DNA from: an uncultured Chlamydiae bacterium
GTDB taxonomy: Bacteria > Chlamydiota > Chlamydiia > Chlamydiales > SM23-39
DNA length: 64,000 nt
Reading direction: 5' to 3'
Assembly: GCA_963730605.1 (NCBI GenBank)
Contig: CAVSSM010000001.1
Location: 416,001-480,000 of the forward strand
Below the pieces are notes generated by a model. The model ran no database searches, had not been told where the DNA came from, and saw only the letters and a program-made list of their open reading frames with translations. Positions 10,833 through 21,991 of this stretch are shown here, piece by piece. Made by a program: the position numbers and the translations under genes. The stretch's first letter is position 1. Each line of letters begins with the position of its first letter.

Positions 10833-11949
10833 TACCGCTCGTGATTCAAAATTTTGATGCGTGAAAATTTCCCTTGACTGCACAATGGCTGCGTGAATTT
10901 TTTAACCGACTCAGAACGACAGGAACTCAAACTCCGGCACCGGGGGGACCGCGATGGGCGGGTGCGTGATCGAATAAAGGCTGTTCTCCTCTATGATGAG
11001 GGGTGGGCTCCCAAAGACATTGCCAGGGTTCTGTTGATTTCTGACGAAGCAGTTCGTCACCATGTTGACGCATACAAAACGTCGAAAAAATTGCGCCCCG
11101 AAAGCGGCGGCTCCGAGGAGAAACTATCCCAAACGCAGTCCGAGCAACTTGAGGCTCATCTTCAAGAACACACGTACCTTTACGTCAAGGATATCGTCGC
11201 ATATGTAGAAGTGACTTTCGGTATTGTCTATACCGTCCACGGATTGAGGGATTGGCTGCGAAGACACGGATTTTCCTACAAAAAACCCGCCGTTGTACCC
11301 GGGAAAGCCAACAAAGAGCAGCAACAAAAGTGGCTCGCCGGATACGAGAAACTCAAGGCAGAACTCCTCGAGGATGAGACTATCTGCTTTATTGACGGCG
11401 TTCATCCAACGCACAATGTGCAGCCTGCTTATGGGTGGATCAAAAAAGGCGTGCGTAAAGAGATCCCAGCAAACACAGGACGTGCCAGGCTCAATCTTTC
11501 AGGGAGCATCGATGTCATCACCCACAGTGTGGTAATCCAAGAAGACGAGACTTTAAACGCAGAATCGATAATCCGGTTTTTCCAAAAGATCGAAGAATTT
11601 TACCCGAGTAAACGAAAGATCCATGTATTTTGCGATAATGCACCGTACTATCGGAATAGGGCTGTGAGGCAGTACCTAGAAACGGCAAAAGTTTGTTTGC
11701 ACTTTTTACCGCCCTATAGCCCCAATCTAAACCCGATAGAACGACTGTGGAAATGGATGAAGGAGCGGGTAGTTTACAATACTTATTACGAGTACTTTGA
11801 AGACTTTAGAGGAGCGATTCTTGGTTTTTTCGCTGTATTGGCGACTATGACCGCGGAGTCAACTTTAGGCCGGGATTTAAGAAGCCGGGTTAGGGATAAA
11901 TTTAGTCCCTTTCAGGCACCTGCTGCCAAGTTTTGAATTTCCTTGGGTA
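10833..11949 (+). mobile_element. IS630-family IS, single-ORF transposase 10893..11936
   Basis: Imperfect TIR TACCGCTCGTGATTCAAAA/TTTTGAATTTCCTTGGGTA, TA duplication; FIDG, CDNAPYY, LPPYSPNLNPIERLW; apparently identical copy at 41956..43072. Confidence 0.95.
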
Positions 11950-12316
11950 TAACCATCCACGACAAGCGTGGAGGCTTTTTGACACCCAACTCCGAAGAGC
12001 GGTGATTTATGGTCAGCCGTGGCTGCCACTTTACGGACGATTTACTTCGATCCGAAGATCTAGCACCCGTTGCTCAACCGATAGATCGAGCAAGAGTCAG
12101 ATTTAAGCGTCTGTTTCTTGCGCCAGCCCGAAGGCTTAACAAATAGGGTCGGGATTATTCCCGAGGCGGAGACAACTTAATGCCGTTGCACACCCTAAAA
12201 TGTGCTAAGTTTAAGAGTGGGAACATTTAAATACAAGGAGCGCCTTCCTCCAACAGCACAAGGCTGTTGGTTTCCGGCGTTAAATTTTGATGAAAAAGGC
12301 TTTCAAAGGAAGCTCA

Positions 12317-12578
12317 TTTTTGCCGATGACCGGACTCCCCCTGAGCTGACGTGCGAGACGATCGTCCCGTCATTTCGGGCTCCGGTTCGCAGCGGCCACC
12401 CCAATGACGATGCGTCGTTGAGGACCCCGGCCAAAGCTGCTCATTTCGAGTCCTCTCAGAGCCAATACTCTCGAGGCCCCCTTTCCGCAAGGAAAGGAGC
12501 GAGCCAAAGTATTGGCTCGCGTGGGGCTGAAAGATGGAGAGCTCCGCTCGTAATATGGCTCCGAGTCACCGGCAAAAA
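12317..12578. other. tRNA-Leu-3'-end-bounded fold-back element, copy A
   Basis: Starts TTTTTGCCGATGACCGGACTC (17/18 match to the tRNA-Leu 3'-end core at 27103-27120), ends TCCGAGTCACCGGCAAAAA (imperfect inverted repeat); many internal hairpins. Confidence 0.8.
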
Positions 12579-12613
12579 CGAAAAAGGGGAAGCAAAGTGT
12601 CCCCCGTTTTTGG

Positions 12614-12661
12614 AGGCAATCGGACGTAATCAGGACTTTTTATTGGAGTAAGCTCAAAGAA
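12614..12661 (+). repeat. Conserved att-like box M1
   Basis: AGGCAATCGGACGTAATCAGGACTTTTTATTGGAGTAAGCTCAAAGAA; related copies at 22517, 24976, 44596. Confidence 0.8.
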
Positions 12662-12725
12662 TCACTTGCCGTTCTGTGGCAAAATCAATGATTTTGCTAT
12701 ACTTTTGAAAAAAGAGAGGCTTTTT

Positions 12726-12965
12726 ATGAGTCCGACAGTTTTCAAGGAAGGGCCTTTTCGATTCTTCTTTTTCTCCAGGGAAGAGCCTCGAATGCATGTG
12801 CATATTTCTTGTCCTGATGGAGAAGCCAAATTTTGGATAGAGCCTATTATTTCTTTAGCTACATATCGTGGTCTAAATAAGAAACAACTGAATCAAATGC
12901 AATTATTAGTGGAGAAACATATTGATGAAATCCTCAGCTCTTGGAAAAACCATTTTTCCAGTTGA
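12726..12965 (+). CDS. DUF4160-family protein (putative TA component)
   Basis: MSPTVFKEGPFRFFFFSREEPRMHVHI...EAKFWIEP pattern; overlaps the downstream DUF2442 gene. Confidence 0.8.
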   Translation: MSPTVFKEGPFRFFFFSREEPRMHVHISCPDGEAKFWIEPIISLATYRGLNKKQLNQMQLLVEKHIDEILSSWKNHFSS

Positions 12966-13182
12966 AATCAACATTACCCGGTTTGGTTTGTGGCTGTGTC
13001 TTAGTGACGAAGAATTCTTCTTGACCTACGAAGAATATCCATTCTTTAAGAATGCTACCATTCCAGATATCTATGATGTAGAGCTTCATCATGACACCCA
13101 TCTGCATTGGCCAACTCTTGATGTCGATCTTAATGTTGCTATCCTAAAAAATCCCCATCACTTTCCTTTGATCGCACACTAA
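12925..13182 (+). CDS. DUF2442-family protein (putative TA partner)
   Basis: FLTYEEYPFFKNAT...LHWPTLDVDL pattern; usual partner of DUF4160. Confidence 0.8.
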   Translation: MKSSALGKTIFPVEINITRFGLWLCLSDEEFFLTYEEYPFFKNATIPDIYDVELHHDTHLHWPTLDVDLNVAILKNPHHFPLIAH

Positions 13183-13234
13183 ATACCACCATCCTGCCGA
13201 ATCCATCAAGAGGTCAAAAAGCTACTTAAAACGT

Positions 13235-15049
13235 TCAACCTCGCCTTGCAGTTGAGCCAAAAAATATGCTAGGAAAGTAACTTCGGAATAAAGAGATGGC
13301 CTCTTTAATAAACAGTCCACAGAAATAGAGAATTGTTCCCGCTCCTATTACTATAAGTACTCGCACAAAAAAAGAGCTTTTTGTGAATATTGTCTGGTCA
13401 ATAGAACATTTATACATTCAGCTAGTACCTGACCACAAAAGTTTTCATGGGTAGAGCCTCTTCATTTTCACTCGCGCATCTGGGATAGCAAATCCCCAAA
13501 GGATCTTTGCCCGTCTAGCATTTCTATCTGATACATAAGCGGCCACCTCTCTACCGAGAACTTCTTTTGAGCCTATTCGCCTTTTGAGGCACTGACCGCC
13601 AAGAACAGAAATTTCAATCTCTGCCATGTTCAACCAACTTGCATGTTTTGGCGTATGGCGCACCTCTAATTTCTTAATGATCCTCCTGGCTTCTTCGGGC
13701 TCAAACGTCTCGTAGAGATTAGCCAGTCGATGCGTATTCAAATTGTCCATGACAACCCTAATTTTTTCTGCCTCGGGAAAATGTTTGTCCACCAGATCCT
13801 TCATGCACTCGGCAAAATCTTTTTTTGTTCTCTGGTCTGTGACTTTTATTTCCCGCCAGCCTCCCAAGGGCTGTACAAAAACAAAGAGGTTGCTTGTTCC
13901 ATTCCTTTCGTACTCATAATCTCGGCGTTTGACTCTCCCTGGCACTGCGGCAATTGGCGCCAACACATCATCTACCAATTGGACTGGTGTTTCATCAAAA
14001 CACACAACGGGTTTCTTTTCGTTCAGCGGCTCCTCATATAAATCTAAAACATCTTCCATCCGACAAATATACTCGTAATCCACTTCTGGAACACACCAAC
14101 TCTTTACTTGCCATGGCTTTATTTCGTTTTTTTTAATGTTCTGCGAACCGTTTCGTCCGATATGGAATCTGTCAACTCTAGCGTAATGCAACGATCCGCA
14201 AGTAGCTGCATTGTCCAGCAGGCGCGTCCTTCGGGCGCCTCGCTGCAAGCAAGCGCGATTAAATGGGCTTTAGCCTTTCCAACCATCTTCTCCGGTCTTC
14301 CGGATCGCGCTTTTTCATTGAGTGATTGTTGTAGCCCGTGTTCACAGTAGGCTTTTCTTGTATTGTAAACGCTCACCTCGCTGCACCGTAGCAAAGAGGC
14401 AATCTCTTTATCTGGTTTCTTCTCATCAGCGAATAACAGAGTTTGCGCTCTTCTGATAATCCGCGCGGATGACTTCCCTTTTCTAACAATGTCCTCGAGT
14501 TCGCTGCGCACCTCAACTGTGAGATGAACGGACCATTTTTTGTTCATAGCTGCCTCCAAATGAAAGGCATATATGGAACACTATTCAAACATTTTTTTAA
14601 AAACTTTTGTGGTCAGGTACTAGCCCCTCATCATGCTTTATCATTCCATGGATCTTGCCAAAAAGTTCACCTGGATAAACATAGGATATCGCAATTTGTT
14701 CCCCTGGCGTTATTATCGGGAAAACGAGAGCCGATCCATCTTTTAGTTGTTTGGTTGCATACTCTATCGCTGGAAAAACTTGAAAAGTCTCGGGTAAGTG
14801 AAGATGTATGATTTGTACATTTTTTGCCTCCTTTTTTCCATCATTTCTCAATATGAGATTGCGAGTGGAAATAACTTCTCCATTCGTCATTTTAACGTGA
14901 CCTGGCAAAGTTGTATAGGCTATTATACGAGGATTCCTTTGCCATCTAATAGCAAGATATGCAGAAAGAATAACAGAGAGTATTACGATCATACTCTCAA
15001 TTAAAAGACGGGCATCTAACATATTTATTATAAAACTGGATGCTCTCAA
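13235..15049 (-). pseudogene. Membrane protein gene split by IS630 (5' part 14621-15049, 3' part 13235-13424)
   Basis: Removing the IS and one TA joins ...HDEGL to AECINVLLTRQY; the final TM segment needs one further slip in a T-run. Confidence 0.6.
13425..14620 (-). mobile_element. IS630-family IS (ORFs 14119..14547 and 13445..~14120, -1 frameshift)
   Basis: 21-bp TIR GTACCTGACCACAAAAGTTTT, TA duplication in CTAG context; FDETP, MDNLNTH, TPKHASWLNMAEIE. Confidence 0.95.
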
Positions 15050-15050
15050 T

Positions 15051-15152
15051 CGAATGACAGAACTTGGGATGCCGCAAAGTTACAAGGTGGTCGGTTAAAA
15101 TCAGGCGGCGATCAAGCAGCTAGCTGCTTGAAGGCAATTGCGCAACAAAGCC
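15051..15152 (+). pseudogene. IS903-group 3' remnant with right end
   Basis: Reads RMTELGMPQSYKVVG* then TTGCGCAACAAAGCC, an inverted match to the left end at 8478. Confidence 0.65.
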
Positions 15153-15572
15153 GATGCTCGATCGACAGTACCAAAATATTGATGTGAGTTTTACCCCATT
15201 TCCAGTTCGTCCGGTCTAACAGCAAAACGCACTGTTCACCCCATGTGAAGAATTTACAGGCGAGAATGACGATAAAGCTCATATCGAAGGAAAAACCGCC
15301 GAAAAATCGTTGAATTCTTCGATAGACGGACTCTTCCTTTGCCTGGGAGCAAAAGGCCTGGGCTATTTGGGTGAGATTTACGCTCCTGACAAGGAACAGG
15401 GCCTGTAGAATTTGGATCAGGAACGAAATTCGGGCTTTGTTCCAATCCAAGAAATGAATTAAAGTAGTCTCTAACTCGCTGATCTGTCTCATTATACCTC
15501 GCTGCTTAGTAACCAACGAGATATGGTGCCACTTCAGCGGGTTTCTTTCTTCAAATCATTTTTTGTCGTGTA
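15153..15572 (-). pseudogene. IS4-family 5' fragment (second subtype)
   Basis: Homologous to 345..1172 (LDWNKARI, SVYRRIQRFF, LDRTNWKWG); truncated by the IS903 end. Confidence 0.85.
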
Positions 15573-16803
15573 CTACAGCGTTTCATTAATTTTGACATAA
15601 TTTCTTGATAAAAAATATACTTGACGCCTTGTAAAATTCGTGGGAGTGCAGGTATGCGAAAGAAGTATAAAGTCAAGTTAACACCCAGTCAGCGCAAGCA
15701 ATTACTCGAAGTTGTGCATAAAGGAAAGCAGAAGGCAAAAACAATCACTCATGCTCGAATACTATTGCAGGCAGATTCTGGTGAAGAGGGGCCGGGTTTG
15801 AGAGCAAAAGCTATTGCGGCAGGGTTGAATATTCACGAACGCTCTGTACATCGAGCAGAGAATCTTTCGCAAACGATGGACTGGAAGCTGCTTTGCACCG
15901 AAAAAAACATCGCCAATACAAACCAAGAAAACTCGATGGTGATCAAGAAGCCCATCTGGTTGCCATATGTTGCGGAGCCCCTCCGGAAGGGCGCAAAGAA
16001 TGGACCTTGAGATTGTTAAGCGAAAGACTGGTTCAGCTAGAAGTTATTGATTCTATTTCCAGAAGCACAGTCCATCGCACTTTAAAAAAAATGAACTTAA
16101 GCCCTGGCTAAAGAAAGAATGGTGTATTCCTCCTGAGGAAAACGCTGACTTTGTTTGCCGAATGGAAAATGTGTTAGGCCTCTATAAGTGCCCATACAAT
16201 CCAGAATATCCAATGATTTGCATGGATGAGTCGAGTAAGCAACACGAGGCAGGAAAGCTGGATAACATTCCAGCAAAACGAGGTAAGGTTGAACGCTTTG
16301 ATACAGGATATGAGCGCAATGGCGTGAGTAATATTCTGCTGAGTTTTGAGCCACTAACAGGGAAACGATACATTGATGTTTCGGAGAGAAGGACTCGATT
16401 GGATTGGGCCAAACATATACAGAAACTTGTAGAGGAGCATTATCCCAAGGCAAAAAAGATCCTCTTGGTCTGCGATAATTTAAATATCCATACAGGTGCT
16501 GCTCTTTATGAGCTTCTGCCGCCCAAAGAGGCGAAAAGGATCGTAGACCGTCTGGAATTTCGTTATACGCCGAAACACGGGAGCTGGTTAAACATGGCAG
16601 AAATCGAATTAAGCCACCTTTCCAGGCAATGTTTAAACCGACGCCTAAGAGACATAGTCGAGGTTAAAAAAGAAGTTGCCTCCTGGCTAGAGGGCAGAAA
16701 CAAGGATGCGCATGTTATAGACTGGCGCTTCACAGTTGAGGACGCAAGAATCAAGCTAAAAAAGCTTTATCCCACAATTGGCAAAATTAATGAAACGCTG
16801 TAG
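15573..16803 (+). mobile_element. IS630-family IS, second copy of 1229..2460 with an extra 1-bp deletion near 15855
   Basis: Same TIRs and TA duplication; near-identical sequence; first ORF broken. Confidence 0.95.
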
Positions 16804-16906
16804 TACAGAGGCGCGTTTTATGGATAATAGAATTTATTATAAATTAATGTACTTTAAATCATCAATTTGATACAATATTTATTATAAAATCATTATATGA
16901 TAAAAA

Positions 16907-18409
16907 ATGACTAGCAAGATTAACTCAACGCATTCATATTCATCCGCAGAGAACATATCTCTTGAGGACCGTTATGCGGATTTAATTTTCCAAGACTTTA
17001 GTGTTTGGAAAAAATGTGATTTCCAAGATTATACCCGGTGCCAAAACGAATGGCCGCCCCAAAATATTAAACCCCACCTTGATCAATCAACGCCCGGGGC
17101 GATAGTTGCAACGGGTACAGAGCGGGGATTTTTCGATCTCCTTTTTTCTGATGAAGGGCTTTGCATAGGGTTGATTTCTCGAGACATTAATCCCCGTGCG
17201 AAGGCCTATATTGATTTCAATGTTCTATTGCTGCGTATCTCTCAAAATATGCAAGAATATACAGAGCTATCGGACCCCATTCCTTGGTCTTCAAATGACT
17301 ATGATGCCATTATGTCCAAGCGCATCGCCGTGATTACTGAAAAAACTCAAATGAGTGATCTACCACAGCGGGTTAAAAACTATTACCTGAAACACATCAA
17401 GACATTGGGAAGTGCTTATCTCCACCTTGGGACACATGGAGATTGGAGAAAAGAGAACCGCCTCAGTGCGTGCTGGTATCATCAAGATGAAGAGCAGTTT
17501 TTAAAGCTCCAACGATATGCCAGGGCCGGGAATATCATTGCTACTGTTGGTGATATCAACGACCTTAGGTTTTTGAAAGAGACAAAAATCAATATTGTTG
17601 ATACATCCAACATCCATGAGTATTGCGTTGTCAATTTACAAGGAGAAGGAGACTTCTCTCCCCGGGTGATTTGGACAGAATTATCTCTTGGAGACACACG
17701 GTATCATTCGTCCCCCCATACCCCCTATAAGCCTTTAAATACAGAGGAAGAGAAGGAATTCCAAATGTGGATTACACTATTCCAGCAAGTCCATTGCGAC
17801 ATAATAAGTGACAAGAAAAAACATTATTTTCAGATTGTGAATGAAAAATTAAAATTAGAGGCATCCGCTCCGTGCAATAACCCTAAAGAAGTCCTTCATA
17901 AACTGCGAAAATATATGCAAGAAAGTATTCTTACCGACCCCAACAAGCGAATTCTTAACGATCCAACTCTAGGATATATCTGTTTAAGTAATCTGAGTGA
18001 AATTAACAAATTAAGTCCTGAACAGATGAGCATTCTCTGCCGCAATCCACAAATTCGGCAGCATCTTCCCTTTTTACTTGGAGAAATTCGTAGCTTAAAA
18101 CCTGAACACTATATCGCCCTCATGAAAATCGAGGGAGCAAAAGAAGAATTCGAAAAACAATGCCTTCAACTCAACATCAACTTCGTTCATTTAGATTACT
18201 TCGGAGCTAGTCAGCGTGCTATATTGACTCAAGAATTGGGCCCTGCAAGATTGGCAAAACTCAAACTACGTGTCGCTCTGTCACGTCTTGCGCAATCCAT
18301 CCAAAGAAGATTGCCCTCCCCTGTCCAGGTCGCCATCATAGTTGGAGGACTTGCTACTCTAGGAGGTTACTGGGCGCTGCGCGGGGCAGATTTTACTCCT
18401 TCTGAGTAA
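16907..18409 (+). CDS. Hypothetical protein; possible SAM-binding-type N-terminal domain and C-terminal TM anchor
   Basis: 500-aa AT-rich ORF; GAIVATGTERG, ISRDINP, VGDINDL, DTSNIHEY; hydrophobic tail VAIIVGGLATLGGYWAL. Confidence 0.7.
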   Translation: MTSKINSTHSYSSAENISLEDRYADLIFQDFSVWKKCDFQDYTRCQNEWPPQNIKPHLDQSTPGAIVATGTERGFFDLLFSDEGLCIGLISRDINPRAKAYIDFNVLLLRISQNMQEYTELSDPIPWSSNDYDAIMSKRIAVITEKTQMSDLPQRVKNYYLKHIKTLGSAYLHLGTHGDWRKENRLSACWYHQDEEQFLKLQRYARAGNIIATVGDINDLRFLKETKINIVDTSNIHEYCVVNLQGEGDFSPRVIWTELSLGDTRYHSSPHTPYKPLNTEEEKEFQMWITLFQQVHCDIISDKKKHYFQIVNEKLKLEASAPCNNPKEVLHKLRKYMQESILTDPNKRILNDPTLGYICLSNLSEINKLSPEQMSILCRNPQIRQHLPFLLGEIRSLKPEHYIALMKIEGAKEEFEKQCLQLNINFVHLDYFGASQRAILTQELGPARLAKLKLRVALSRLAQSIQRRLPSPVQVAIIVGGLATLGGYWALRGADFTPSE

Positions 18410-18728
18410 CTATATTAATTTAATTTGAGCTTAAGCAGCTTTCGATCCAGCCCCCCCCGAACCTAGCCCACAGCTCTCTTAACGCATCCTGAGCCGAATC
18501 TAGGCCATTGTTGGCGATTCCATTAGAGAGGAGGCGCTGGAAGCGGACGATCTTTTTTATAGTGAAAACAGGCAGTAAAACTCATCCGTTTTCTGGTTTG
18601 CCGGCTTGGAAAGCCAGACACGGCATACTGGCTCTTAGTTTTCGCGCGGATCGACATAAATTGTTTGAGTGCCCAAGCTTTCAATAATTTTTATGATCTT
18701 TTTGATGTGTCAACAATAAGGTGATATG

Positions 18729-19643
18729 GAGCCTATCTCCTACTCATTAACCTAATCCAAACAAAACACATTCTCTCACCCAGTAAAGTAATACGCCGAG
18801 CATCAAAAAACCTTCCCAATATCTCATTCTTCTTTCCCATCGCACAACCAATCGTCGGTATTTTCGTTGTAACCACGAGATTCCTCGCTCCACTTTCCAT
18901 CGGTGGTTTTCTAGGACTTTCGTTTGTTGTTCCGCGTTGTCCCGTCCCATTCTTCAGTGAGAGATATACGGAAATAACTTCATCGCCAAAATTTGCAACC
19001 GCAATTCTTCCGCATCATACCCCTTATCTGCTTCCACGATCGGTGTTATTCCGCGTGCTACGAGAGGCTTTAGCCACCCGCTGATTTTTTTTTATCAGGG
19101 GAATCACCTCCTTTCGTTCATCACCGGCAGCCCCCGTACTTGTGGTCCTAAGAGGTTGACCTAAACCGTCGACAAGCAGGTGAGTGGTAACGCCTTTTCC
19201 TTTGTAACCATGGTCTACTTTTTCTCCGCCTCCCTTCCCAGCAGAAAAAAAACCATCAATTGCCAATCGGGTTAAATCGATCATTTTCCACTCCAGACAA
19301 ACTTCCTGCAATGCAGCGAGTACGCGCTCTAGAATTCCATTCTCTTTCCACAATCCCAGATATCGATGTGCACAAGATTTCGACGCCCATTGTTCACCGG
19401 TCGGCACGTCGCACCAACGCGCTCCGGTTGTCAGCACCCAAATCAAGGTATTGAGAACTTTTCTTGGATGCATTGGTTGCGTTCCGCTTACTGCTATTCC
19501 CCACGGATAAGGAATCAACGGCTCTATAACAGCCCATTCATGATCGTTAAGTCCTACGAACTTGCCCATCGATACAACTCCTTTAAAATCAGGGCAAATA
19601 CGGTATCACATAAAGAATTTATTTAACAAGGAGGGATAGGCTC
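18729..19643 (-). mobile_element. IS5-family element with inactivated transposase
   Basis: TIR GAGCCTATC/GATAGGCTC; TGARWCDVP, AIDG, ADKGYD, RWKVERGISWL; frameshift at the 9-base run near 19085-19093 and an in-frame TGA near 18955. Confidence 0.85.
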
Positions 19644-19665
19644 ATATTTTTAAGAGCCTGTTTCC

Positions 19666-20031
19666 CTAATCTCCAAAACTGCGCGCATGTTCAAATGCAT
19701 AATCGATAACTGGTTCTAGATTTTCGAGTACTTCATTGGAATTTTCTCCTCGTTTCAAAGCGTTCTCAGCTTCGCGAAGCGCTTTTAAAAGAAGATTGAA
19801 TTCTTGATCTATCTTCGAGCTATCATCTGGCTGATGAGGGCGATAGATTATTGGCGCTGGTTTGGGCTTCTCTTTGATGAACAGGCTTGCTATGGCTAAA
19901 ACTCCCAATCCAAGTCCTAACCAAGATCCAACCCCCCACGAAGTATCAACAGGCCTACGATCCCATATGTTGATATTTTCATTCACTGTTCCGCTTACAT
20001 GGATATCCTCACGGATAGTCAAATAATCCAT
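19666..20031 (-). CDS. Small single-TM hypothetical protein
   Basis: RBS-like AGAGGG before ATG, one TM helix then a helical tail. Confidence 0.6.
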   Translation of the reverse strand: MDYLTIREDIHVSGTVNENINIWDRRPVDTSWGVGSWLGLGLGVLAIASLFIKEKPKPAPIIYRPHQPDDSSKIDQEFNLLLKALREAENALKRGENSNEVLENLEPVIDYAFEHARSFGD

Positions 20032-20154
20032 TTTCCCTCTATTTTCATTGGACTGATTCGTTTCGTGGACGAAATCATAGACCAGCGAAAGATTTCCGTC
20101 TTGTACGAATTAGTTTTTTAATGTATAACTTAGTTCAAGTAGGATGGTTTTGGA

Positions 20155-20358
20155 ATGGAAATTTTGACCACGAAAGAAGTGTGCGCCCTGCTCAAGACTA
20201 AGCGTCTGTCCCTCTATAAACTTGTGAAGTCAGGCGAGATCCCGGCATTTCGCATGGGGCGCTCTTGGAAGTATGAGCGGACGGCGATCGAGGCCTGGAT
20301 CCGGAAGAAGATGCAACAAAACAATAAAGCAATAAAACAAGTCGTTCCACGTGGCTAA
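20155..20358 (+). CDS. Excisionase-like HTH (HTH_17/AlpA-like) DNA-binding protein
   Basis: ILTTKEVCALLK...LYKLVKSGEIPAFRMGRSWK. Confidence 0.88.
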   Translation: MEILTTKEVCALLKTKRLSLYKLVKSGEIPAFRMGRSWKYERTAIEAWIRKKMQQNNKAIKQVVPRG

Positions 20359-21472
20359 GAAGAAGTCGATAGCTGTATCACATGATGTCGTTGATCGCGA
20401 CAGCTACATCAAGGTCTTTGACCAGCTAAAGTCTGACATCAGGCAAACACAGCTGAGAACGGCCCTTTCGATAACGAAAGAGGTGGTTCTTTTGTATTGG
20501 CGAGCCGGGAAGGTTCTCTCAGAGAAAGTCCATAAGGAAGGGTGGGGATCAAAAACCATGGAGCGCTTAGCTATAGATCTAAAAAGCGAGTTCCCAGATG
20601 TTGGCGGATTCTCTCTAAGGAATCTTCACTACATGCGCAAATTTGCTAAAAGCTACCAGGACGTCAATTATGCAGCAGCTGCTGCACAAATTCCCTGGGG
20701 ACACAATATCCTGCTCTTGGACAGGCTTGATGATCCAGTCAAGCGTCTGTGGTACATCCAGCAAGCGATCGAGAACGGATGGAGTCGCAGCGAGCTAGAA
20801 GCTTGGATTGATTCAAATCTGTATGGACGAAAGGGGAAAGCCATCACCAATTTCAAAAAGACGCTCCCTTCTCCTCAATCTGAACTAGCCGAACAGGTTG
20901 TGAAAGATCCCTATAATTTCGACTTTATAACGCTGGCTACCGCCTACAAAGAGAAAGAGCTGGAACAGGGGATCATGGACCATCTTCAGAATTTTTTGGT
21001 GGAGTTAGGGGATGGGTTTGCCTTTCTTGGAAGACAGTACTGCATAGAAGTGGAAGGTGAGGATCATAAGCTCGATCTCTTGTTTTATCACGTGAAATTG
21101 CGCTGCTACATCGTAGTTGAGCTAAAGGCTACGGCATTCGATCCAAGAGACGCTGGCCAGATGAACTTTTATCTTTCTGCTGTCGATGATCTCCTCAAGC
21201 ATCCAGATGATCAGCCATCGATCGGGATTCTGCTTTGCAAGACGAAAAACAAAGTAAAAGTTGAATACGCCCTCCGAGACATCCACAAGCCGATGGGCGT
21301 CGCTGCATATGAAACTAAAATCGTTTCTTCCTTGCCCAAGAAGTTGAAGGGGACCTTACCTACAATTGAAGAGATCGAGGCCGAACTGTCTGCGGTAAAA
21401 ACGCTAGAGACGCGAGCTTCGGTTCGCAGAAAGCCATCAAAGAAGAAACGGCGCAGGAACCAACCTCAATAA
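20351..21472 (+). CDS. yhcG: YhcG/DUF1016 PD-(D/E)XK nuclease-domain protein
   Basis: GFSLRNLHYMRKFA, IPWGHN, KDPYNFDF, DLLFYHVKLRCYIVVELK, GQMNFYL. Confidence 0.92.
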   Translation: MAKKKSIAVSHDVVDRDSYIKVFDQLKSDIRQTQLRTALSITKEVVLLYWRAGKVLSEKVHKEGWGSKTMERLAIDLKSEFPDVGGFSLRNLHYMRKFAKSYQDVNYAAAAAQIPWGHNILLLDRLDDPVKRLWYIQQAIENGWSRSELEAWIDSNLYGRKGKAITNFKKTLPSPQSELAEQVVKDPYNFDFITLATAYKEKELEQGIMDHLQNFLVELGDGFAFLGRQYCIEVEGEDHKLDLLFYHVKLRCYIVVELKATAFDPRDAGQMNFYLSAVDDLLKHPDDQPSIGILLCKTKNKVKVEYALRDIHKPMGVAAYETKIVSSLPKKLKGTLPTIEEIEAELSAVKTLETRASVRRKPSKKKRRRNQPQ

Positions 21473-21717
21473 ACGCCTCTATTTTCGACGACCGCGCCTC
21501 GATCCATATCAAGTAGCCATCTCTCTGTTTTTTGAATTTGAGCCTCTCTTTGAGCCGTAAGGCACGACCGCTTCATCGGCTTCTTTAAGAATTAGATCTG
21601 CTCGACCTCGCCAAACGGCCTTAGAATCGATTATCTCAGGTCGCGACATATCAAGTAGCCATTAGGTTAGTCGATCGATTTTTTGGGCTTGCAATTCGTT
21701 AAGAGAAAAGCGCCCCG

Positions 21718-21870
21718 TTAGGAGAGGCGCTCGATTTGTTTGTTTTTCAGATAGCTGTCGATACCAGCAACGATTCCACAAATAGCACACAGGCCAAATA
21801 CAACCGCTACATTAGGTGCGGTAATAGTTGGAAATACTTTGTATGGTGTGAATTGTTCTACGAGAGTCAT
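21718..21870 (-). CDS. 50-aa single-TM small protein (not in ORF track)
   Basis: Own translation MTLVEQFTPYKVFPTITAPNVAVVFGLCAICGIVAGIDSYLKNKQIERLS*; GGGGGA immediately upstream. Confidence 0.45.
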   Translation of the reverse strand: MTLVEQFTPYKVFPTITAPNVAVVFGLCAICGIVAGIDSYLKNKQIERLS

Positions 21871-21991
21871 TCCCCCAATTTCTTAGAGCAGGATGTTTTT
21901 CAAGAAATAAGACTATCCTGTTGTCTTCAAAAACATCTTGCTTTTTTACGCTAACGGAATTAACTAAGCTCATAAGAATCACCGTGTTAAT

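Noticed and set aside
12202..12651. ORFs over the fold-back elements (also 24788..25075, 26657..27112)
   Set aside because: They look like by-products of GC-rich palindromic DNA; conservation between copies is in pairing, not codons.
8478..15152. Single composite IS903-type transposon from the left end at 8478 to the right end at 15152
   Set aside because: Flanks TCGACTTTG and GATGCTCGA are not a target duplication.
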